From: a virus | Direction: 5' to 3' (one strand) | IMG/VR virus record: IMGVR_UViG_3300037515_000251 | Span: 7,926 to 71,925 of that record | Length of the DNA: 64,000 nt | In this document: positions 10,218 to 18,603 of the stretch, piece by piece | Layout: each line of letters opens with the position of its first letter | Position numbering within the stretch: position 1 is the stretch's first letter | The notes under the pieces: model-generated | The model's database searches: none | Told to the model about the DNA's origin: nothing | Seen by the model: only the letters and a program-made list of their open reading frames with translations | Made by a program: the position numbers and the translations under genes

Positions 10218-10838
10218 TTACTCGTCGTCTTCCTCGTTCGCCAACTGGCGGCACCAGGGATGCAGGTTCGCGTCGGGGATGTCGATCCCGAGTTGTCTGG
10301 TCAGATAAATCTGAAACGTCGAGATCGTGTTGTGCGGGTTGAGCACGAACTTGGCTCCGGGGCCTTCCCAGTAGGGCACAGGCTCCCGCGTGTCGTCGGG
10401 CACGTAGGCGTCGGGGAACTTCGAAATCCAGCGCAGCTCGCCGCGGCCCGACTTGCGGCTGACATGCTGCACGGCGGCAAACTGAGGCAGCCCGGTCGTC
10501 GCCCAGGGATAGTTGCTGCCGTAGACCCGCGCGACTTGCAGGTATTGAAATTCGGTCATGCCCGGAGGAAGGCCCGCTTCGACGAAGTGCGCGTAGGAGT
10601 CGTCCCACTCGCCCTGGATGACATCGCCCTGCCGGTTGGAATAGCCCTTCGCGCGCAATTCCTCGTTGGTGGGCCGCTTGCCCCACAGCTTCTCGAAGGT
10701 CGCCCGGCCGGTGCCGCTGATGATGCCTATCGCGCTGACATCGAAGGTGCCGACTACCTCGGGCGGCTTGGGAGCGCCGCCTGCTGGTTCATTCTCTTCC
10801 ACTTCCGGGCCGAATGGGGTCTTGCGCTTTTTCGCCAT
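10218..10838 (-). CDS. hypothetical protein
   Basis: ORF 10218-10898 with probable start MAKKRKTPF at ~10838; convergent with gene ending 10194, palindromic motif between them. Confidence 0.4.
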   Translation of the reverse strand: MAKKRKTPFGPEVEENEPAGGAPKPPEVVGTFDVSAIGIISGTGRATFEKLWGKRPTNEELRAKGYSNRQGDVIQGEWDDSYAHFVEAGLPPGMTEFQYLQVARVYGSNYPWATTGLPQFAAVQHVSRKSGRGELRWISKFPDAYVPDDTREPVPYWEGPGAKFVLNPHNTISTFQIYLTRQLGIDIPDANLHPWCRQLANEEDDE

Positions 10839-11335
10839 GTTGATTACCTCTGCCCGATTGTAGCAAAAACTTCTCCGCAATATCGATCCTGGCGGCAACC
10901 AGCCGGTCCTTGAACGTATCCGACGCGAACGGATGCTCGGCCTCGACCAGATAGCGGATGAACTTGCCGAGCGTGACGATCTCGCGGGCCAGCGCCATGT
11001 CGCGCAGCGCGATCGGTATGCCGGGCGTCGAACCGTCCACCGGATCGGTCATGGCGACGGCGATCACGGGCTTGATGGGGTCACTCATCGCAAACGTCCT
11101 TTTCATAGTCGAGCGGCAGTTGCTCGCCGCTCAAGGTTAGCCCCGGCAGCAGGTCGATCAACTTGCCCATCCGCTGACGCAGCCTGTTGGCCTGTAGAGT
11201 GCGGCGCTCCAACTCCTGATCGGCCTTGACCAGCAGTGCCTCGAACGCTTCCCGGTCGGGGAACTTCTGGGCGTCCAGCAGGTGCAGGACATCCCGCGTG
11301 AGTATTTGACTCATCAGATTCAGCATGGTTTTCTC

Positions 11336-11791
11336 CTATTCCAATTCATCCAAATCGAACACCGCGCCCCGGCAGAATTTCTGCCCATCATCGTAGATCA
11401 TGAATGGAGCGTGCGGTGCCGTGGTGCGTATCTCCCAACATGCTTCGCTGTCGGGATTGTCGTCATTCTGTTGAGCAAAGTGCAGATCAACCCGATAGGC
11501 ACCCTCGCAGAGCTGCATGGCGGCGTGCAGTAGGCCATAGCGCTTCAGCGAGATCACGTCGTCGGGCAAGACCCACGGTGGCATCACCCGGCCATTCAGA
11601 AGTTTGAATATTATGCCGCCCGGCCCAGTTTCCAGAACATCGTCGATTGCGCCGCGCAGGATGCACCTGTCTTCATCCTGCCCAAACACCGCAACGAGTC
11701 GCGACCGGCGTGCCATGGAGGCTTCTTCGCTGGTAATTTCATGGCCCGGCTCGCGGGCATTTATGAGTCTTGCTAGTTCTTCTTTCAGCAT
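11336..11791 (-). CDS. hypothetical protein
   Basis: 151-aa ORF in co-oriented minus-strand array. Confidence 0.35.
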   Translation of the reverse strand: MLKEELARLINAREPGHEITSEEASMARRSRLVAVFGQDEDRCILRGAIDDVLETGPGGIIFKLLNGRVMPPWVLPDDVISLKRYGLLHAAMQLCEGAYRVDLHFAQQNDDNPDSEACWEIRTTAPHAPFMIYDDGQKFCRGAVFDLDELE

Positions 11792-11800
11792 CGTTTTCTC

Positions 11801-12270
11801 CTATCGAAACAACTCCATCTTCGGCGGGATCGCCCGCCGTAAATCGCCCGCATTGTCCAGCTTCCAGAACAGCGCCCCGTCCCGCCGGCAACGCTCGGCG
11901 AAATCCTTCTGTTCCGGCCGCAACTTCTCGCCCGGCCTCTTCGTCTCGATCCAGCCGATCCGCGCATGGGAGCACGTCTCGATCTCGCCGGTCAAGAAAT
12001 TACGCACTGGCCGGTTGGCCGGAATCATCAGCAGCACGTCGGCGGTGCCCTTGGGGGCGCCCTGGCCCCAACGGGTGCGCTTCTTGTCGTCCCCGTCTTT
12101 CTCATCGTCCCCGCCGGGGAACTTAAACAGCCCACAGACGATGTTCGCCCGCCAGATTCCTTCCCATTCCAAGTAGTCGAGCACCGCTTTCTTGAAATCG
12201 CCCTCAAGAGCTTTCGGCGCCCGCCATGGACGGCTGCCCCAGCGGGGCTTGCGGTTGGGGTTAGCGGCCA
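11801..12270 (-). CDS. VRR-NUC domain nuclease (PD-(D/E)xK fold)
   Basis: GTADVLLMIPANRPV…ETKRPGEKLRPEQKDF…GALFWKLDNAGDL matches VRR-NUC pattern (G-x-PD…E-hyd-K…Q); start taken at MAANPNRKPRW just after HNH stop. Confidence 0.55.
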
Positions 12271-12629
12271 TGCTGCTTCCCATGGCAAGGCTGGCAGCGC
12301 CCCTCGATATTGGCAACCCGATCATCCCGCCCATGACTGCGGAACCTCTTGTGATGGGCCTGCAACGGCTTCATTTCACCGCACCGCGCGCAACGCCAGC
12401 CCTGCTGCTCGAACACGAGCTCGGCATTGCGCTTCAGGTTCCAGTCCACGAACTCCTGCGCCATATCTTTCATCTGCTGCGGCGAAGTGCGCTTCGTGCA
12501 GCGCTTCTTGGTGAGTTCCTTCACCACATCGCCAGCATCGTCCAGGGCAGTCAGCGTGAGGCTATCCGGCGGCTGGAAGATGATCGCTATCTCGTATCCG
12601 GTGATCTGGCTGGCGTGGGAGAGAGTCAT
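12261..12629 (-). CDS. HNH endonuclease
   Basis: CxxC…AHHKRFRSHGRDD…N…CQPCH zinc-finger/HNH motif; palindromic motif 8 nt upstream of ATG. Confidence 0.65.
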   Translation of the reverse strand: MTLSHASQITGYEIAIIFQPPDSLTLTALDDAGDVVKELTKKRCTKRTSPQQMKDMAQEFVDWNLKRNAELVFEQQGWRCARCGEMKPLQAHHKRFRSHGRDDRVANIEGRCQPCHGKQHGR

Positions 12630-12636
12630 GGATTCC

Positions 12637-12651
12637 GTGTCAGTTTGACAC
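12637..12651. repeat. genome-wide palindrome copy (GTGTCAGTTTGACAC)
   Basis: 8 nt upstream of HNH ATG (minus strand). Confidence 0.9.
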
Positions 12652-13844
12652 TAGGTTTCGACGGCCGGCGCGTATTCCTGTTCGGTCATCCCCCAACTCG
12701 CGGCCAATGCCGCGCGCGCCGTGCGGTGTTGTGGATTCGCCCATAGAACGGTCGTCTTTCCGGTAGTGTGGCAAGTGACCGATAACAGGCCCCATCCCAC
12801 GTTGCCGCCAAGATCAAGGGTGTAGAGTTCCGCGAGATGCGCGGCATTCTGGTCGATCAACTTTAGGCGCTTCGAAGACAACAGCTTTCCCTTGCCGTAA
12901 CGCTCGATCATCACCCGCCGCACTTCCGCGTTCGGTTCGGCGAAGATGGCATCCTCGGTGATTGTTTCCGGCCTCTCGATCACGTCTTGCGGCACGCGAA
13001 CTCCGTGCCACGCCCAGATATTCCAGCCGTCGTTGAATTTCATTGCTGGCCCGGTCTCGCAATGCAGGCGGTTGATGCTGCGGTCATCAACCTCCGTATG
13101 GACTTCCGGCCGGGCGGACACAAAACACATATTCTCGAAGAAATAAACCCAGCCGCAAGAACGGCAGAGATCGGCCATGATGCAGAGCCTTGTGGACATC
13201 TCGGGTTCATAGCGGACGCCCAAGTGTTCGCAAAATTTGTAAAAGCACACCCAAAAGGAATCGTGCTGGCCCAAAAAATACGTGTCCCGAAGGCTGGCCC
13301 CAAGGCTGTCCCGAAGGCTGTCCCCAAGGTTGTCCCGAAGGTTGTCCCCAAGGCTGTCCAGAAGGCTGGCCCCAAGGCTGTCCCAAAGGCTGTCCCGAAG
13401 GCTGGCCCCAAGGCTGGCCCCAAGGCTGTCCCGAAGGCTGTCCCCAAGGCTGTCCAGAAGGCTGGCCCCAAGGCTGTCCAGAAGGCTGTCCCCAAGGCTG
13501 GCCCGAAGGCTGTCCCCAAGGCTGTCCCCAAGGCTGGCCCCAAGGCTGTCCCCAAGGCTGGCCCGAAGGCTGGCCCCAAGGCTGTCCCAAAGGCTGTCCC
13601 GAAGGCTGGCCCCTCGGATCGCCGCAATGCCAATCTGGCACGTCAGCGGAGAATCGCACCATACGATTACCGGTGGACCCTTTCCGATGGCGCGATAGGC
13701 CCGATTGATCGCGTCCCTGGCGAGAATTTGATCGCACGGGCCAGCCGCCATCCCAATTCGCAGCCACTCGTCGCGCCATTTGGGAATACTTGCTTCCTGC
13801 TCTGGCGTGAGGGCTTCAATCCGCAACGCTTTTAATGACGGCAT
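12651..13844 (-). CDS. tetrapeptide-repeat protein ((S-L-[GRWL]-[DA])n, ~30 copies) with unique N- and C-terminal domains
   Basis: 397-aa ORF; central ~356 nt is a 12-nt tandem DNA repeat (ggctgtccccaa-type) encoding SLGD/SLRA/SLWD units; overlapping plus-strand and other-frame ORFs are frame artefacts of the repeat. Confidence 0.55.
   Translation of the reverse strand: MPSLKALRIEALTPEQEASIPKWRDEWLRIGMAAGPCDQILARDAINRAYRAIGKGPPVIVWCDSPLTCQIGIAAIRGASLRDSLWDSLGASLRASLGDSLGASLGDSLGDSLRASLGDSLLDSLGASLLDSLGDSLRDSLGASLGASLRDSLWDSLGASLLDSLGDNLRDNLGDSLRDSLGASLRDTYFLGQHDSFWVCFYKFCEHLGVRYEPEMSTRLCIMADLCRSCGWVYFFENMCFVSARPEVHTEVDDRSINRLHCETGPAMKFNDGWNIWAWHGVRVPQDVIERPETITEDAIFAEPNAEVRRVMIERYGKGKLLSSKRLKLIDQNAAHLAELYTLDLGGNVGWGLLSVTCHTTGKTTVLWANPQHRTARAALAASWGMTEQEYAPAVET
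13265..13620. repeat. 12-nt tandem repeat array (~30 units) inside CDS 12651-13844
   Basis: ggctg(g/t)cccc(a/g)aa units repeated head-to-tail; period 12 = 4 codons. Confidence 0.8.
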
Positions 13845-14208
13845 CGGGGGTTTCCTCTGTCTGAATCCGTGCTTCCCAGATACCGTTGAAGCCGGGCACA
13901 GGGATGAGCAGCACGTCGCCCTGCCGCTGTATTGTTGGCCGCGCAGGATCTAGCAGTAACGGCCCATGCCGATCCTCTCCCGGCTCGACGGGAGCCAGAT
14001 TCGACGGGTCTTTGCCGTGGATGATCCGCACCGTCACGTCGTCGCCAACGACGCGGATCAGGGCGCGGGAATCGAGTTCGTACATCTCGACGAGATGTTC
14101 GTCTTGCGTAGCCACGGCGTGCATGTGGCCGGTGACTTCACCGAGGGCCAGCGGGCGCAAGGGAATGCGCTTGGCTCCAGGTGGTACGTGCGCTGAAGTG
14201 TTCTTCAT
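13816..14208 (-). CDS. hypothetical protein
   Basis: 130-aa ORF; palindromic motif and GGAGA-like SD ~20 nt upstream. Confidence 0.4.
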   Translation of the reverse strand: MKNTSAHVPPGAKRIPLRPLALGEVTGHMHAVATQDEHLVEMYELDSRALIRVVGDDVTVRIIHGKDPSNLAPVEPGEDRHGPLLLDPARPTIQRQGDVLLIPVPGFNGIWEARIQTEETPDAVIKSVAD

Positions 14209-14235
14209 GGTGTTCTCCTTTGTCTCAGATTAACG

Positions 14236-14250
14236 GTGTCAAACTGACAC
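14236..14250. repeat. genome-wide palindrome copy (GTGTCAAACTGACAC)
   Basis: ~27 nt upstream of minus-strand start at 14208. Confidence 0.9.
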
Positions 14251-14253
14251 CGG

Positions 14254-14502
14254 CTAACGGCGGTCCCCTGAAATGATCCTGGATACAAGACTCTGGCTGA
14301 CCCCATACGCTTCGGCGATGTCCGACTGGTTGTAGGATTCCGCCAGAATGCAGATTGCCTTTCGTTGGACGGCTGACAACATGCGTGGAGGCCCTGCCTG
14401 ATTGCGGCGTTGCCCCGAACGGTAACGTCCCCACAGCGCCCTCAACTCCTCATCACTGAGGGTTGTAGAGCAGTGGGGGCAGCGAGTGACCAGCAGCGGC
14501 AT
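14254..14502 (-). CDS. small Zn-ribbon/HTH DNA-binding protein
   Basis: CPHCS N-terminus, C-terminal HTH-like ICILAESYNQSDIAEAYGVSQSLVSRII (sigma-r4/LuxR-like). Confidence 0.4.
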   Translation of the reverse strand: MPLLVTRCPHCSTTLSDEELRALWGRYRSGQRRNQAGPPRMLSAVQRKAICILAESYNQSDIAEAYGVSQSLVSRIISGDRR

Positions 14503-14801
14503 TAACTAGCGAGTTGGGCTTCGATGGCCTCGATCTCTTTTCGCAGCGCAGTCTTCTTCTCGGTCGGCGTCTTGAGCAGTTCGAGTTGCTGCCGGGCCTG
14601 CCGCTGGTGCCGGATGAGATCGGCCCGAATGCGGGATTTGATTTCGACGTTCAGCGTCTCGACCGAATGCCCCACCCATTCGGGGGGATCGATCTTGAGG
14701 CGCTTATACTCGTCGGTAAGGCTCTTCGCAAACGCACTCAGGGACACCAAGCCGTCGAGTTCAAGGCGGTCAACATTGACCTGCCGGAGTTGTTCAAGCA
14801 T
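14502..14801 (-). CDS. hypothetical coiled-coil protein
   Basis: 99-aa ORF, start overlaps stop of upstream gene. Confidence 0.35.
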   Translation of the reverse strand: MLEQLRQVNVDRLELDGLVSLSAFAKSLTDEYKRLKIDPPEWVGHSVETLNVEIKSRIRADLIRHQRQARQQLELLKTPTEKKTALRKEIEAIEAQLAS

Positions 14802-16254
14802 ATGCCATCTCCTTTTTCGGTTGTTTCAACACGACTTCGAGCCGCAACAGCGGCGCGGCCATCACTTCGTCGATCAGGCTGTAGCGGTTGGTCCGCATGG
14901 TCTGAACGAGGTTCGGAATCGAATACTGATCGACTCGCTGGTTCGTCAGATCGAACATCTGAAGGTCCAATCCGGCGTGCTGCATGGCCGCTCCGAGATA
15001 GTTCGGGTCGCCCGCCAGCCGGTAGAGATATACCGGAACATCTTTGCCGGTTTTCTGCGAATACTTCTGGAACTCGACAGGGAACGCGGGGACGTTGTTC
15101 TCGCCGCCATCCGAAACGATGGCGATTCCGTCAATCTCTATCCCGCGCTCCATGATGTACTTCAACCCGCAGCCGATCGAGGTTCCGCCTTGCGCCGTGA
15201 CGAATCGCGTGAGGGTGTTGATCTCGTCGAGCGTCTTGCCGGTCACGTCGAGGTAGGTCGGCATCGTGTTGAAGAACACGAGATGGACCTTGCCGGCCGC
15301 CAGCCGTGCCAATACCCCGGCGATCTCGCGGGCGGCGGTAATCGCCGTGTGCATGGACGCGCTTTGATCGGCCAGTACAAGCCAGTCGCCCTCGACACTG
15401 GCTTTCGACAACTTCGCTTCCTGGACGGCCTTCACCTTCTCGCGCAATCCTTCGTCGTCGAGGGATTCGACCGCCTTGGTCAGCTTCAACGCCGACGATT
15501 TGCCGTCCCGCGCCTTCGACAGCGCAGCCTCAAGGGCGGAGCGCAGGGCCGGATTACTCTTGACGCCAAGCCGTTCCAGCATCTTCATGTTGTTGCCGAG
15601 CTCCGCCGGAGTCATCCGGTCGATCAGCGCAAGCAGAACATCGGTATCCTTCAGCCGCGGCCCGATCGCGCCGGCCGCGATCAGAAACGGGATACGGTGC
15701 TCGATAACGGTTGCCGCAGCTTCCGCCGGCGGAAGGTTCTTCAGGTTCGCAATGACGGCGAACACCGAGTTGGGCGGATACGAGCGCTCAAATAGAATCT
15801 TGGCCGCGAACGCCGCTGGCTTGACGTGCAGCATCGCGTAAAGCGACTTCAGGGCGGCCCGGTGCTGGACCGCTGTACGGTTCCATTGCTTGCGATCAGC
15901 TTCAAGAGAACGCAGGATTGATTCCCCGAGGCGCCGTAGCCGCCGGGACCATCGCGCTTTCGTGCCATCGCAACGCAGTGCCCGAATGAATTCGCGCGGC
16001 GGAAGCAACGCCAGATGCGCGGCGGCATTATCGGTGAATTCCGGCGCACTGGGAGATTCCAGCGCAACCAGCGGCAACGCCACCTTGCTGTCCCGCACGG
16101 TGCCCTTGATGCGGTTCCACGAGATCAGGTGAGCGTAGAACTCGGGATCGCTGGCGTGTGCTTCGCGGGCGATCGGGAAGTAGGATGCCAGATCGCGGTG
16201 AGACGACTTGGCGAGATTCGCAATGATTTGCTGCTTGGTGATGCCGGTTTCCAC
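14794..16254 (-). CDS. rsr: Ro60/Rsr-like protein (helical TROVE-like N-terminal region + C-terminal vWA domain with MIDAS motif)
   Basis: C-terminus LADQSASM…GGTSIGCGL…IVSDGGENN…YSQKTGKDVPVYLY parallels Ro60 vWA (ALDVSASM…GGTDCSLPM…FTDNETFAG…YRKKMDIPAKLIV); ~300-aa alpha-helical N-terminal domain; 486 aa. Confidence 0.55.
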   Translation of the reverse strand: METGITKQQIIANLAKSSHRDLASYFPIAREAHASDPEFYAHLISWNRIKGTVRDSKVALPLVALESPSAPEFTDNAAAHLALLPPREFIRALRCDGTKARWSRRLRRLGESILRSLEADRKQWNRTAVQHRAALKSLYAMLHVKPAAFAAKILFERSYPPNSVFAVIANLKNLPPAEAAATVIEHRIPFLIAAGAIGPRLKDTDVLLALIDRMTPAELGNNMKMLERLGVKSNPALRSALEAALSKARDGKSSALKLTKAVESLDDEGLREKVKAVQEAKLSKASVEGDWLVLADQSASMHTAITAAREIAGVLARLAAGKVHLVFFNTMPTYLDVTGKTLDEINTLTRFVTAQGGTSIGCGLKYIMERGIEIDGIAIVSDGGENNVPAFPVEFQKYSQKTGKDVPVYLYRLAGDPNYLGAAMQHAGLDLQMFDLTNQRVDQYSIPNLVQTMRTNRYSLIDEVMAAPLLRLEVVLKQPKKEMAYA

Positions 16255-16400
16255 GGGAACCCCCTTGGAGTTACGGAGAGTCGGGTCAGCGTTTTAGGCT
16301 TTGCAGGCGTGTAGGCTGTCCAGTATCCGTAAAATTAATTCGCGGAATGCCAGTAACCGCCAAACTTGATGCCGGGATGTCGATGAGCAGTTCCGCCTTG

Positions 16401-16472
16401 CGGCGTCGGCTGGATTTGAACCAGCTACCTAAAGTTTTCAAAACTTTCGCTCTACCAATGAGCTACGTGTAT
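16401..16472 (-). ncRNA. tRNA-like RNA (D-arm, anticodon-like arm with loop UUUGAAA, T-arm GCUGGUUCAAAUCCAGC) lacking a pairing acceptor stem; candidate Y RNA (YrlA-like tRNA mimic) or partial tRNA
   Basis: minus-strand sequence …ACACG-UA-GCUC-AUUGGUA-GAGC-G-AAAGU-UUUGAAA-ACUUU-AGGUA-GCUGG-UUCAAAU-CCAGC-CGACGCC-G; 5' heptamer AUACACG cannot pair with 3' CGACGCC; 3' tail forms CGCC-GCAA-GGCG GNRA hairpin; T-arm identical to tRNA at 46386. Confidence 0.5.
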
Positions 16473-16556
16473 GCTCAGCAGTGCCCGGCAAACCATTAAG
16501 TTACCACAACTGCATGATGCTGTCAAGCGCCGATGCAAAAATAATTTGGGGTCTTC

Positions 16557-16571
16557 GTGCCAAACTGACAC
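16557..16571. repeat. genome-wide palindrome copy (GTGCCAAACTGACAC)
   Basis: between gene end 16575 and tRNA-like RNA. Confidence 0.9.
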
Positions 16572-16574
16572 CGG

Positions 16575-17288
16575 CTAATTCCCGATTAAGTGCTGCCGCC
16601 GCGCCTCATCGACTTCGTTGAGGATCGCGCCTTTCATGCAGTCCACCTTGTTGTCGTGGCCGTCGCCGGAGAGTAGCGCGAGTTCGTCCGATTCCAGCAG
16701 GTCGGCGAACGCCTCCGCCGCGTCGGCACTCAGTTTCTTGGCGAACTCCGCGATCCTCTGGACGTGCGGGGCGGCTCCATTCTCGAGAACCCACACCCGC
16801 ACGCAAACCGGGATGTTCGCCCCGGCCGCTACGGCTAGTTGGTGGGTCGGCATGGTCTTCGCCTTCTCGATCAGGTCGGGCTTGATGTGGCCGTTGATCT
16901 GCTCGTGCCGGGCGAGAAAATTCCCATTCGAGACGCTGATCTCGCCGCGATCTTCGGGCGAGAGTTGCTGAAGCGCCTTGCTCGACGCCAGGAACATCGC
17001 CCGCCCGGCGGTGCCCTCGCTGATCCCGAAGTGAGCCAGCCCGGACTTGCGGAACTCGGTCCAGGTCTTGCAGCCGAGTCCCTCGTAGAGTCCGCGGTCC
17101 TGAATCAGCAGCAGCAGGTTGCCGAGCGCGACCCGCATGTTGATCTCGGCGGCCTGAAGGAACTTGTCGGCCTGGCCGAACGCAGTCAGGTAGTCGCGCG
17201 TGGCGGCGGCGTCGAGTTCGGGGATGTTCGCCGCATCCTGCCAGTGGCGGATGACATCGAGCGGTTGGGATTCGGTGAGTTCGGTCAT
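16575..17288 (-). CDS. hypothetical protein
   Basis: ORF 16575-17363, likely start MTELTESQ at ~17288. Confidence 0.4.
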   Translation of the reverse strand: MTELTESQPLDVIRHWQDAANIPELDAAATRDYLTAFGQADKFLQAAEINMRVALGNLLLLIQDRGLYEGLGCKTWTEFRKSGLAHFGISEGTAGRAMFLASSKALQQLSPEDRGEISVSNGNFLARHEQINGHIKPDLIEKAKTMPTHQLAVAAGANIPVCVRVWVLENGAAPHVQRIAEFAKKLSADAAEAFADLLESDELALLSGDGHDNKVDCMKGAILNEVDEARRQHLIGN

Positions 17289-18400
17289 TGGGGTAGTTGG
17301 TTGTGCTCCACGCCGTCGAGCAGGCGGCCGGCGGCGTGCTTGCCGACGCGCTCCATGAACCACGAATGGTCGTCTGGACGATAGATGTCTCCGCTATCTA
17401 CTTGTCCTGTTGGCGAGACACGCACCGTGCGATCCGGTTGAGCCTCAAAGAGAACTGATGGCGTAATGTTGTCCGTGAAAGAATCGGCGCAACCTACTGG
17501 CTGAAACTCGCCCCACTGTTTGAAAAAATGGGCCGTGCCAGCCACCTTGCACTGATCCCTGATACTTCTAAACCAGTCGGGATGCGCGGGCCGTGCGCCG
17601 GGGCCTGACTCGCCGCCGGAGATGATCCAGTCGAGGCGCGGCGGTAGAGCTTCGACGCAGAGATGATGATCCCCATGAGTTGCCGCATCCCTGGTGCCGT
17701 AGCCACACTTGGGGCAATAAAGGAATGCGCTGAAGTCCACCGGCCCCAAAGCTGGCTCGTAGCTCACGAACCGCACGGCAGCCGAGGTCTTCAGCAGCCA
17801 CGGGATACGCTCATCGGCGTACTTCTGGTTCTCGGCGGAAACGCCGAGCCAGACGTTCGGAAGGGGCCAGCCACCGGGAACCATGCCGTCCCGTTGCGTA
17901 GGAAGGATGGCCCCATAATGTGGTGATCCCAATAGCTGTTGTGCGGCTACGTTCAGATCGTGAAAGCGCTCTGCACCGTTTACCCCAGACGCCCATTTGT
18001 ACATCCGCTCCGCCCGCTTGGTCAGCACCATGTGGCGATGCTGCGGGGTGAGCGCCATCACGGCGAAACACTGGTCGATCCACTCGTCGGGCACGAGCGA
18101 CCAGAACATGTCCGTCATCGAGCACCAGAAGTACGCCGTGGGCTTGCGGCGGCGAAGCACCTGCTGAAGCACGGCTTGGTCAAGGTAAATCTCGATTTCC
18201 CCGTTCGTGTACTTCTCCGGGGCTTCGTCGAAACTGGGTAGCCCAAAGCGGTGCTGTTCGCGAGAGCTATAGCAGAACACGCAGCCCGGAGAAACCTTCG
18301 CGCAGGCATGGCCGGAGCGTTTGCCGTGCCTGCGGTCGGCCCATCGCGCCCGGATTGGGTTGATCGTGAACTGGGTCCACTCGATGCTTGATTTAGCCAT
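17285..18400 (-). CDS. DUF5131 / phage Gp37-Gp68 family protein
   Basis: N-terminus MAKSSIEWTQFTINP…SPGCVFCY resembles the conserved IEWT…NP…C..C start of the Gp37/Gp68 family. Confidence 0.5.
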   Translation of the reverse strand: MAKSSIEWTQFTINPIRARWADRRHGKRSGHACAKVSPGCVFCYSSREQHRFGLPSFDEAPEKYTNGEIEIYLDQAVLQQVLRRRKPTAYFWCSMTDMFWSLVPDEWIDQCFAVMALTPQHRHMVLTKRAERMYKWASGVNGAERFHDLNVAAQQLLGSPHYGAILPTQRDGMVPGGWPLPNVWLGVSAENQKYADERIPWLLKTSAAVRFVSYEPALGPVDFSAFLYCPKCGYGTRDAATHGDHHLCVEALPPRLDWIISGGESGPGARPAHPDWFRSIRDQCKVAGTAHFFKQWGEFQPVGCADSFTDNITPSVLFEAQPDRTVRVSPTGQVDSGDIYRPDDHSWFMERVGKHAAGRLLDGVEHNQLPQ

Positions 18401-18603
18401 TTGCCTTCCCCCTCAGCCGTCCGTCCATCGCCTGCCAGCCAGCCACCCAAGCATCGCGCAGGAACCTACTGGCGTACTCGTCCGGGGCCTTTGATTCGCT
18501 ATTCAGCCGTTCCTCGCAGCCGCACGTCCACCACACCCGCTCGATCCCGCCGGGAACGCCAGTGAACACTTCGCCGTTCGATGCCTTGTAGGGCGTGTTC
18601 TCG

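Noticed and set aside
10218-10838. Endolysin assignment for the 226-aa protein or any other ORF
   Set aside because: No lysozyme, amidase or peptidase catalytic motif could be identified by eye. The lysis module remains unassigned.
13265-13620. CRISPR array
   Set aside because: The regular 12-nt repeats have no unique spacers and sit inside an ORF. No cas genes are present. No CRISPR was found elsewhere.
12987-13835. Plus-strand and alternative-frame ORFs across the 12-nt repeat (AVPKAGPKA…, GQPWGQPSGQ…, RRLSPRLS… proteins)
   Set aside because: These are frame artefacts of the tandem repeat. Only the minus-strand 397-aa frame has non-repetitive flanking domains and fits the co-oriented gene array.
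16401-16472. Interpretation of the tRNA-like element as a canonical tRNA gene or as a phage attP core
   Set aside because: The acceptor strands cannot pair, so it is not a functional canonical tRNA. No integrase, recombinase or host-like flank was recognised anywhere in the window, which makes an attP less likely. That option cannot be excluded without a host genome.
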